DNA of 64,000 nucleotides from Oculina patagonica. Lineage: Eukaryota. The stretch lies in NCBI RefSeq assembly GCF_052425735.1, contig NC_135758.1:11594001-11658000 (forward strand). The letters run 5' to 3'. Below the pieces are notes generated by a model. The model had not been told where the DNA came from, ran no database searches, and saw only the letters and a list, made by a program, of their open reading frames with translations. The translations under genes and the position numbers were made by a program. This document shows positions 48,201 through 59,400 of this stretch, piece after piece. Every line of letters starts with the position of its first letter. The first letter of the stretch is position 1.

Positions 48201-51200
48201 AGTTATGATTTTTCATATTACGTTTATTTGTTACACTTTTTTCCGTCTGTTTGAGCCTGTAAAATGCTTGGAAACTAGTTAATGTATAGCTATGCGCATG
48301 AGCACTTAAATCATACATTTTCTTTATTCTCTTTTTTTTAAGATTATTTTTGAGCTACAGAAAATTTTCTTACCTCACTCAAATACTGAAGAACAGAGCA
48401 CATACTGCTTGGATCTACCTTGTACTTCTCTCCATGACACTTTTGATTCCATGTCTTGTTAAATTCCTGTAGGGTTGACAACAGACACATATGTATGTCG
48501 CAGTTTGAATTTATCTTTGGTTCAAAATTTTTCAAACCAGCTTTATTTTTATTTTTCATTGTTTCAAAATGATTATCATAATCTAAAACAACAAAAAAAT
48601 AAAAATGAAACTGGTTTGAAGAATTTTAAGCCATAGATTAAAATTAAACCGCCGCTTATACATAGAACGACATAGATAACGTTTTCAACAAGGTCAAAAC
48701 GAGGAAACGCGTCTCCGGAAACATCTTTCCATAATTGTTTCTTCGTTTTTCCATGGTTCCATGCCATGCAGAAACACGAAATTTTTCTGCCGTCAGAGCA
48801 GAAGCTTCTTGGGAAAAAAGTATCAAAATAGGAAAACATTGGGGAAACATAAGCGCACAACGAGTGTTTCTGGAAACATGTTTCCTCGTTTTGCCAGGAC
48901 TTTATAGATTCCTCGGGCTTGACACTGGCTGCATGTTTTCGTTTCGGTTTATGACTGCTTTGATAAACTTTGAATGACGTTTCTTGTGTGATTGTTTGGT
49001 TGTTTTCGTTATTTCTTTGTTTGGCGGGAGAGAGAAAAGGGCTTAACTCTACCAAATACCAAAAAGTATCCACCCCCCCCCCCCCCTCTCCCAAAAAAAA
49101 AAACACACACACACACACATACATACACACACACAAACACACACCCCGCATAAAAAGATTATACCATTTTCGCCTACCCACCACCCCTGTCTCCAGAACT
49201 CTGAACTGTGTATAAAAATTACTTTTATTGATCGTGTATCCATTACTAAACGCCAAAAAAGTAATAACGACATACCTTAACTTTTAAAGCACATAAAGGG
49301 AACAACGGGTCTTCTGGGATGTCACACTTGAATAACTTATCACTTGAATAACTTGAACTACCTGAATTTTTTGAAACTGGAGACAAACGAATAATAATTA
49401 CTGTTTTAATACATTATAGGAATACACAATATACTGCACATACATGAATTTTCGATAATTAATGAAGCCAATTTCATCAAACTTTAGTTGTCTGATTAAT
49501 TAGCGTCTGAAAATATTTTGCTTATGTAAATAGCAGACGTTCTGTATCTGTATAGTTTGTTTACCCTCGGATTTCTAGAGTAGCTTAATCAGCGGATGTC
49601 TCCGAGCATATTCCCACTCCAACCTAGACAGGCCACAACACCAGGAACTTCGTGCCCTACTCTTTACGATAAGTGTATGGGTTATTTAACGTCCTCTGCT
49701 GACCGTAACACTGGAGATGCAGGAGACGGGCCCTACGGTTTATCGTCCTTATTCGAGAAGACTAGAACATCTAACCATTTGCAGATGTCATTGCAAAGGC
49801 AGCATATTCTCCTCAGTTAGTTTGTGACCCTGAGTGTTGGTCCGATCGATATCTGGGAGTCGAACCCGACACCTCCCTCCCGAGTCCTGCGCTCTACCAA
49901 CTGAGCTAACCGGTTAGTATTTTAAACTTACATTTTAGAAAAAAAAATTGAGGTTCACAACGCTTCAAAGTATTAAATACATGTTCAGCAACAAAAATAA
50001 CTGTCATTTTCAATTACAATATCAGCGTTAATTTAAATTTTTTGAATTTAGAATATTCACTTTATTTCATTTAAATTTTTCTCTGCACGTGGTCTGTTGT
50101 TGTCAATCGATGTAATTTATTTTTTGTTATTTATGCTATTCCAAGCGACACATATTTTCAAAAACTTGTATATTAAATTAAATATTTATATTCACCTTAC
50201 AAGTTGTGTCAAGTTAAATATTCAAATTCATTCTTACTGAGGAAGACAGTTGTTAACGTCGAAACATGTATTTAAAACTTAAAAGCGTTGTCTTTTTTGT
50301 TAAAAGCTATATATAAAGGTCGGGACACACTAGGTGACAAGTCGCTACAGCATGTTGCCTCGTGTGACATGGTGCATTTCTGCGACAATCTTTGTCGCTG
50401 CGACAGAATTTTGTTGCTGCGATCAGTCGCACGCATTCAAACCAGTTTGAATTCGTGCGACTGATCGCAGCGACAAAATGAGCGAAAGCAGCGTTGTCGC
50501 AGTGTGTGCACACTTCTGCGACAAGTCGCTGCGACAAAATATAAATTAACCATTGAGAGAGCGTCATGTATATTTCCCATATTGAATTGGAAAACTAGTC
50601 ACATTCCCACTCTTCAAAATTCGCTGTGTGTGCAACGAACAAGCTCCTCGTCGCAGCGGCTTGTTTTGAAGTAGTACACACGAAGCGACTTGTCGCCTGC
50701 AAGTGGTGTGTCCCGACCTTTAAAGCTATTAGTAGCCTGCTGTTTGCAAGAGCATTTTAGAAGAAAAATTAAAAATAAAAACGTTACGAGTATCGTGTAT
50801 CAATGACCCAATGTCATCATGATTTAGAAATAGGAAACATTTCTGTGGTAACGGGACTTCGTGTCATGTTTATTATTTTTAAATAAATTACAATAAATTA
50901 ACTCAAGATAAAATAAAACAAAAATAATAAAAGAAAATAACATAAAAGAAAAATAAAATAAAATACCTGTTCAAGGTAAGTGCGCTAGTAATGCGAGATA
51001 AATAATGGTTAACAAGAATTTTTGAGCAACTGCGTTTAGTCGATGTTAGATCTAGATTCTATCAAATTTATGTACTGTCTGTGCTCTTGAAATTTAATAA
51101 GCCAAAAATCTTCTTTTCCCGCTCTCACAGCTGTAAACCTAACAAACTCTAGCACTGGTTGAAAATTACTGAAATCTATGCGAGAATCACAATGGCGTAT

Positions 51201-51503
51201 TTTTCAAGTTTCTATTTCGGACTGAATGCTTTCTTAACAACCTAGCTGCCGGACAATTAGTAACAGAGTAACAAAAATATGGTGTTTGTATACAGTGTTT
51301 ATTGTGTCATAGCTCTTACCGTTCACAAAAGCGCGTGTTTCAGGAAATAACCTCGCTGTTGTCCTTTCCCCATGACTGAAAGTTACACTGCTGTCACCAA
51401 CATGGAACGAAACTTGAAAAATGCTGATTTGAGCCATGAGAAAGAACAGGGTGAATCCAGCAAGAATCAAAAGCCCTGTTTCTTTTGAAATTAGTCGCCT
51501 CAT
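36271..51503 (-). CDS. MGAT5: Alpha-1,6-mannosylglycoprotein 6-beta-N-acetylglucosaminyltransferase (GnT-V, GT18)-like; 17 exons: 51503-51320, 49376-49276, 48466-48374, 48065-47991, 47605-47447, 46914-46754, 45541-45410, 44901-44765, 43411-43281, 42404-42333, 41811-41719, 40547-40464, 39826-39764, 39268-39152, 38445-38371, 38254-38100, 36466-36271
   Basis: Type II TM anchor, then YLSEVQSWCP, GGPLGELSQWCD, DSFGT, PHSPDNSFLGF, GLGEPFEGPGALEALANGC, SQNPYAE, LPYEFT, CPCR...QVALC. All phases are consistent. Exact orthology (MGAT5 vs paralog) is not determinable here. Confidence 0.92.
37542..37872. mobile_element. Harbinger-like MITE
   Basis: TTA|GGCCCCGTCCACACTGACCCGGGTAAATTTGAAAACG...CGTTTTCAAATTTACCCGGGTAAGTGTGGACGGGCC|TTA. 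Confidence 0.85.
40880..41422. mobile_element. piggyBac-like non-autonomous element, one end only
   Basis: Right end CCCGGTCTGAATAGGG|TTAA. No matching left TIR found. Confidence 0.45.
42510..43113. mobile_element. hAT-like MITE
   Basis: TAGGCCCTT...AAGGGCCTA with a perfect 8-bp TSD CAAAGGGT (42502-42509, 43114-43121). Confidence 0.88.
44422..44706. mobile_element. Harbinger-like palindromic MITE
   Basis: GGCCCGTTTACAC...GTGTAAACGGGCC with TTAA on both sides and internal CGCCGCGA repeats. Confidence 0.8.
46300..46584. mobile_element. Academ-like MITE
   Basis: TAGAGCGGTTTTCACTTGAGTGTCG...CGACACTCAATTGAAAACTGCTCTA with 3-bp TSD GTA. Confidence 0.75.
49590..49915 (-). mobile_element. Second tRNA-derived SINE family
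   Basis: On the minus strand, TAGCTCAGTTGGTAGAGCG (A-box) and GGTTCGACTCC (B-box), followed by a non-tRNA body. Confidence 0.7.
50317..50719. mobile_element. Harbinger-like MITE
   Basis: AGGTCGGGACACAC...GTGTGTCCCGACCT with GCGAC/GTCGC subterminal repeats. Confidence 0.8.
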
Positions 51504-52934
51504 TTTCGTCAGCTACGACAAACTTTCCGTGTTATCGTACCAAACGTATGCCACTATTTAAAGGAAAACAGAATGTAAATTAACGTACACTAACGGCTTC
51601 AAACGGAACTTCGTTCGCAAGCCGTTTGCAAGCCGTTCGGAATAAATTTGCTTCAGCTCGAATGGTTTGGGTCATTTGTTCAAAACATTTGCATTCGTTC
51701 GAACAGCTTGGGGCCACTTTATATGATCTCGGGTTGGTTACTAGCCCCGGTCGGCTTGCCGCTAAGTAAAAAAAGAAAAAGAAATGTCTACATGAACCCG
51801 AGTCGCCTGGTCGTATCGAAGTTCAAGTTTAGTTTCGTTTACCACGAAACTGACTCGGGTCAGCCTTAAGCATTATCCATAAACACTTTTTTGGACAAAT
51901 TCTGATCTTACTTAACAGTGGCGGCTTATAATAAAAGAAGGAGCAGACTAACATGCCTATTATTAGTAACAAAAAAATACCTCGGGTTGGCGATTCACGG
52001 ACTCTTTACATGGAAATGGCAACACTTCTAGCCAAGTCAACCCGGGTCGATAAAACGGGTTACAAGGTAAGAGGAGTTAATCCGGGTGGAAAGTTTTTAT
52101 TTTTATTTTCGTATAAACGTTAACAGAAGATTGATTGAAATAGGGTTACCCATTGCGGTGATTCAACCCGGGTTAGCAACCAGTTCAACCCGGGGTCGTG
52201 TAAACATTAGTCGGTTCCAACGAATTGGTCACTCGTTCGGTAAAAACATGCATCCGTTTGAGCGACTTGATGAGTCTGTCGAACAGCTTGGATTAGCCGT
52301 TCGACAAAAGTGGTTTCTTCTTTTCATTGAAAAAAAAAACGAAAAACAAAAGAATAATAAGGTACAACTTTATTCAAGAAAATTGATAAGAACGACTTAT
52401 TTACACGTGACGAAAATTAAAGGCAAACTTCAGGTTTCAAGGACCACAGTGACATCCAGTGTTCATCTGTTGTCTCTCGCTTTCACTCGTTAGACTCAAT
52501 AAAGAAACCAGAATGGGTTATCAAGGTTTAATTTTAGTTGCCTGGATAATTTGAGGAAGATTAACATCCTGAAATTTTGTATGAGTTACGGTAAAACTGG
52601 TAAAATATTAACTGTAGAAAGATAGTATAGACTCCCTAAACATTTGACGATATACATACCCTGGGTGCCGGAGGGTTTTCTTTTTTGCAGGAAATACACT
52701 ATTTTCGCCACGATCGCGGCTTCGCCGCTCGCAAATGGTGTCTTAATTCAAAATAAAAAGTGTCATATTGAATTGTAGGGCGCGCTGTAGCATTGAAATG
52801 GTATTTTTCGACAACCTGTGTGCACTTGTATATAACTTGTTCAACTTGCGACTATACTTGTAAATATTTGCACCTCAGTTTGGGCAGGAATTCGCGCCTC
52901 ATGGAACAACTAGTGTAAAATAAATCGAGACTGT

Positions 52935-53432
52935 GTTTTTGAAAGAATCTATTCTTGACGCGCGCACGCACTTTAAGCCGACGGAAACTTTCCAATACAC
53001 GCATTACACCTCCTGTCACCCTCCAGTGGTCTGGAAAGGTTTTATCAAAGTCGAAGCATTACGGCTCCTGAAAATGCATTTGAAGAAAACATTACATAAT
53101 TCGAGCGTAGATTACGCGACAGAGGTTACCCAGATAACCTCTTAGAAAAGACTATCTCAGAAGTTAAATTTAGCGAAAAAATAGCAAAAAGCGGGCAGCA
53201 GAATTTAACCGTGTGTAACAGAGTATCGCCCATCGGTGCCTAATCTTGCAAACATCCTTATGAGCAAATGGCATTTAATACAGAGTCAGCCTTTACTAAG
53301 AGAGATCATTAAATACCCTACCCTACTTTCATACAAAAAAGGGAGATCTTTGAAAGACGTACTCGTTAGAGCAAAACTTTGAAGGTCAAAGTTATACTAT
53401 CTCGACTAATGGGAGTCGTGTTTGGCCTGTCA
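52935..53432 (+). mobile_element. Penelope-like retroelement 3' fragment (RT thumb region), degenerate
   Basis: ILDARTHFKPTETFQYTHYTSCHPP..KGFIK.EALRLL, RGYP, YRPSVPNL..ILMSKWHLI, YKKGRSLKDVLVRAKL*, with frameshifts. Confidence 0.75.
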
Positions 53433-53461
53433 ATTTTAATAAACTGCATTGAGGAATCTGT

Positions 53462-56400
53462 TTAACTGCAAGCCTTAAGCTTCACATCATCAATGCCAAT
53501 GTCGCCTTTGTATCCTCCTCCTCGGACCCCCTGAAAATAAATCTAAAGAAAAGAGACTATTTGTCATTAGTCTTCACTGTTTGTTAATTAAATCAAACTA
53601 AATGCCGCTTTTGTTTGCGGCACTGTATGTAGTGAGTAATGAATGTGTATATAGCTTTTTGGGAAGTGTATACCGATTGGCTTTCGCTTAGTTAGGAACT
53701 TTTGCGACCGTATAATAGTCACTCGCTGTTACACATGATTGGCTGTTAAATGAATCAGCCAATCGTGGTAGGCACGGTGGCCTAATGGTTAATACGCCGG
53801 GCTCTAGGTCCGGCGAACGGTTCAGGTTCGAGCCCTAGGCGAGGCCACTGTGTTGTGTTCAGTTGGGCAAGACTCTTTACTCTCACAGTTTTCAGGAGCA
53901 TAAATGGGTAACGGCGAATTATTGTTGGGGCTACTTGACAGAATGCTGAGGAGTAACCTGCGATGGACCATGCTACAGAAAACAGAGTTAAGAGCAAAAA
54001 AAGCTTTAGAATTCACGTCACATCCAATCAGAGACACTTAACGGATCTTTTGTCATTATTTTTGCATTTTTTTCAGTTGTTTGGACTTCTGTTGAGGTAA
54101 TTGGATGCGTGTGCTATCAGGAGCCTCTCTATCTGACACGCTAATAGTGGAGATTACAAATTACTAATAGTGAAAGCAACGTTAACAACAAAGGTATAAT
54201 AGAAGTAGCTATAGAGACAGTTTTGTTTGCTTCACTTTTTTTTACCTGAAATGGTGTTTTGCTGGAAATTGCTATACTGGCTAACAACCAGTTCGTTCCT
54301 TGTTGTAAAGATCTCTCCCATAGCGTTGTTTTTGATCCATTCGCAACTTTCTTTAAAACTCTCAGCGTGCCTATCTGAGCGCCGTACATATGATACCAGA
54401 ATGTTAATCGTTGGCAAGATGCTGGGGGTATCTTAGGGCTGTAAAAACAAGCGACGTCTCCCACTTTGGCTGGAGATGAAGTCTCAAAAAATATGTATCG
54501 CCCTAAAAGGAAACCCAGTGAGCAAGTTTATTGTTGTGTTGAGTTTAAAGCAGACTGCTTTAAAACGACTGTAATAAAACTACGCGATCTGCTTGTGAAA
54601 ATATTATAGAGAATGCGAGTCTGCGACAAAACGAAGAAAACAAGAAATAAAAAAGCAACGCCTGCTTTGGCTTAAGGTGTTAGGTATAGCAGTAAGTTTA
54701 AAGAAACGCATTATAAAAAAATCGATAAAATATAAGGTTTTGGCATGCAATAGTTTTGCCCTACTTCTAATGACTCCAGCCTCCAGCCATAGACGATTTT
54801 GTCTTTATAAGACTTACTTTCTCTTATTTCATGTTTGCCTTTTATTAATTAGTACCCACCTGATCCCGAAGTGTGATCTTGACTGGGTCCCGTAAAAGGA
54901 GAAGAGGTTATACCCATACTGAAATACCAGTTGGGTTTCTTCTTCTCGTTATGTGACTGGCACAGTTTCCAGCCATGCATACCTTCTGATTCAAACGATA
55001 CGTCAAATGGACCTGAAGGAAAAAATGGATGGGATCATAAATATTTAGATCCGACAGTACCCGCGTTGATCCAGTATCATCAAAATCATGGAGAGGGTAT
55101 TCTATTCAAAATTTTAGTTTGCAGCAAGGACTGGACCCAAAGGCTATTTTTCGTACAACTCGAGGTGATTTGATTTTGCCCTCGTCTTTAGGGTTGTTTT
55201 ATCGAATGCAGAGTAAGCATTGCGCAACCAAAAAGTTATTTCCATGGTAATGTTTGCATGCATTTGACAACAGTGCGACTGGAGACAAAAGGCAGTCACG
55301 ATCTTAAACATGGCCGGAGAGGTTCTGTGATTTCATTTCATTTGGCTTAAAGTATTTTCCGTAACTAGATGCGCCTTTTTATGTCTCTCTCTTTTTGCAT
55401 GTGGTAATGGTCTTGTAATTTTCACCATGTACTCATTGTTTACGATAGTACAGGACATAGACCATAAGTTGTTATGAATAAAATAATGATGAATAAAATA
55501 GGTCAGTTATTTAAAAGCTGGAATTGCTCGTAAACCTAGAAGTTTAGTAGTCACCCACATAATATAAACACCAATCGTTTGTAACCTTAATAGTCATTCG
55601 TATAAAGACATACTATTACAATAAATATATTTTTTCCAAAAGAAGAACAATCAACTGTAAACGTTTCGATTTTACCCACAAGGTCTCAAGCAGAATTCCA
55701 ATTCTTGTTTACTTACCAAGATTACAAACAGTCATAAGACACTTTCCGACATCCTCACTATCTCCTCTACAGTCCTTCCCACCATTCTTTGGGGCAGGAT
55801 CGTTACATGTCCTCGTTCTAGTGTGTGTTCCATAACCACAAGTTACACTGCAAGCGGTCCATGGTGACCAGTGACCCCAGTGGCCAGCAATTGGTACTGA
55901 AAGTATTTGACAACCTTTTTGAAACATTCTCTTTCTTAATTAAAAAAAAAATTCAAGTTTATAATTACGAAAGATGACAATCCTTAACAGAAGGATTGTC
56001 ATAAGAAAAAAATCAAGAGATCATCTGACAATGAAATACCTACCTACACTTGGAAAAAACTCAGTTAGTCTTCCCAGCTAATTAAGCTACGAAAATATTT
56101 TCTTTTTTTTTTTTCAACTGAAAGGCAATGACTTAATTTATTTGTTTACTCGCAACTGAGAAGTGGAAGTTTTATTCATTTGTGCACGTGCACATTGACT
56201 AAACGTCTAACTGAATATCTAGCCTTTGCAACAGTTCAGCTAGAGAATCTGTGCAACGACTGTTCCAAGTGAAAATTGAGATTAAGATAATCTCAGTTAT
56301 ACTTACAAGAGCAGTTATGAGGACATGGCTTTGTTTGTTTCTGCACACCGTATTTGTTTGCCCCCGGACATTTCTTCCTGTTCTCGTTGGAGCAATACCT

Positions 56401-59400
56401 CTGACGATCATGAAGGCATTTGTTATTTTCTTGATAACAAGGACCAAAGTTTGACCATGAGCTCCAACTACCAGTGGCTACGGAGAACAATAAGGACAAT
56501 AAGAGTAAGATTTAAAGGCATAATCAAATTCACTGACAAATTAATTGTATTACTATACTAAAATCTTTAGTAAAAGAACAAACATATGCAGGGCCAGAGA
56601 TTCAAAGTTCCCTCTAAAAATTCTTTATGAGCTTGAACAGTTTCGTTGAAAGAAAAAAAAACAGACCAAGAAAATTCCAGCTGTTTGCTCAAAGCTGAGG
56701 CAAAAAAATACCAGCAAATTTTACATTTTCTAACCGTCTTGAAATTAGAAAGGGAGTCATTACATATTAACATGTATACAGTTAGGCTTCTGCTTAAGTT
56801 CCTACATAATTTCGACAAAATTGTTATAAGTACACCATGTTTTACAAAAAAAAAACACAATTGAACCACTTACCAGAATTAGAACAATCGTAAAGAGCGT
56901 TCAATTGCTCAATATCCGTTTTACTGAATCCATTTCGTTGTCCAATAGGATAGAGCGGATGACCGATAACCTCTATCGTGGGTCGGCCGTTTTTGTTGAA
57001 GGCGTATTTCCCATAATGCATAATACTACTAGTGTCATAGCCAGCGTCCAACGGGTCGACATATTCTTCGCTGATTTTTCTAAAGTTGTGTTCCTTTCCT
57101 GAAACAAATAGTGAAGAGAATGTTTTTTGTTGCTTTTATGTACGTCATATATCAAACACGAGAGGGAACGTTTCATCGAGATATACAAACAAATTTTTGA
57201 CGCAATTCGAGGTGTTTGGATAGCCGATGAAACACTGTCTTGAGTGTTTGATATATCTTCTCAATTGAAACAAAAACTACGGAGTAAACGGAGAAATAAA
57301 ATGGCAAAAATCTATGCTACACCTGGTATTCAAACCTAAACCCAGTACCCGATGACGACAGTTTCAGGACATAAAGGACGAAGGATAACCCGAATAAGTT
57401 CATTGTGTCCAACAATTCAGACAACAAATGAGGATCTTGATAAATAGATTGTATCAGCTTGTATGTTAATTTTATTAGTCTGATGATGGTATAGCTTATA
57501 CCGAAATATAACAATCTATTTATCAAGATCCTCATTTGTTGTCTGAATTGTTGGACACAATGAACTTATTCGGGTTATCCTGCGTCCTCTGTGTCCAAAC
57601 CTCCTTCACGGTTTTGATTTCCTTTATTTTAACTATATTAACGAGTTTGAGAAGCAACTGTCTAAACGTCTTTTGCCAGCGTGCTTTGTTTGTCTGCGAA
57701 TTTGTATCTTTTGGCGGTAGTCTAGTTCGAATTTTACTATAAGCTCGAAATTTCGATGAGGTAATAGTTAATTATTACAGTCTTGCCTATAAAGGCAAGG
57801 AGCAATTTTAGTATTTACTTTCGTAAATGGGGTGAGAACATGCATATACAGGTATCCCAGCTGAACATCATGAGTTTGATTCCCTTTAAACCCTTTAACG
57901 GTTTCGCTAGCTATATAGGCCTTTGTGCAGTAAAACCCTCTGCCATTGCTGCACAGAAAGAAAGTACAGAAAGTAGAGACTCCACCAGTTTTTTTTACTC
58001 GTAACTTATGGGATCAAAAAGAAGTGGTCAGCCGCAAGTATCGGAATTCAATTTTAACCTTTCTGGATATTTTCCCAAAAAATTGCCACATATTTGTCTC
58101 TGTCGGGTCGAGCTTGCTCATGGTAGAATCCAAGAGCGTGCGTCATTTCATGGCAGATGATTCCCTTCTGATTGCATCCAACGCCAAGAGAAATGAACTG
58201 AGGTGATTTACGTCTATACCCTACTGATGACCAGCACCTTCAGATGAAGAAATAGAAATACAGATTAGTTAGGAAGTTTAATGATGTCAAGGCTGAAACG
58301 CCAAAAGATGTGAACAAATGCCCAGGGGGGTACTCCGGGATCCAAGTGACGGGGATGTGCGAAGGATTTTTTTGGGGTCGAAATTTTCGATTCCGGGATT
58401 TTTTTGGGTAGGATAATTTGTCAGGTATTTTTTTGGGTGACTTGATTTAAATAGGGGATTTTTTGGGTATTAAAACCAAACTAAAGTGCCTTGGCGTGGC
58501 CTTGGCAATTTAGGGGAAATTTGACTGGGGATTTTTTTGGGCGTTTTTTTTGGTCCAGGGATTTTTTTGGGTAATGTCGGGAGACTTAGGTATTTTTTTG
58601 GGTCCTAAGTTTTGCCTCCATTCGATCATCCCCGTCACTTTGATCCCGGCGTACCCACCCTGGGAACAAATGTTGGCAGTTGTTTGGATTACTAATTATG
58701 ATGTGTTGCGCAAACTTTGTTATCTTATTAAGTTTTACAAACTGGCGTATGTTTTTTGGACTGTCAAATGTAGATACGTGATCCTATGTAGTGTTTAATT
58801 AATATTATTACCTAAACATTTCTTAGTTTATGATCGCATGCCCGAAAAGGTACTGGTCTTTCTTTTGACAGTAACTAAAGCGCTAACTGATATAACTGCA
58901 ATAACACAGGTAAGGTTATACGCAGTGTTAGAAGAATTTTAAAACAACATTGTTTACCCTTTACTCTTTATGAATCTGACCCAATATTTCTCTTTTTCGC
59001 GTGGTTTCCATTTGATACAGGTATGCTTTTCAAACTCTGAGATTGCTGCCTGAATATTGGCCATGTCATCGCTAGAAATCGCGGACATTGAAGTCGGCGA
59101 ATTTTGATGCATCTTACATTAACCGCTCGCGAAACTTGGTAATAGCCGCTGATTCGAAAGCCTGACTTTGGGCTCATATACATCTACGATGGTACACAAA
59201 AATGCAGCCTACACAGAGTAATATTTTGTGAAGTAGGAAAACCACTGGTCATAAATATTGCCTGATAATAAAAATGGAGCAAAAGATCTTTCAAACGATG
59301 GCTTTTGCGGCAAAATTGGAGCAAAGACGGCTGAAATATCGTAGCTCAAAGACAGCGGATTTTGGGATTTCAATGTGAACTGCCGCCGTGTGTTTACAGT

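Noticed and set aside
48576-49256. 226-aa ORF
   Set aside because: Made of (CA)n, poly-G and MITE sequence in an MGAT5 intron, so spurious.
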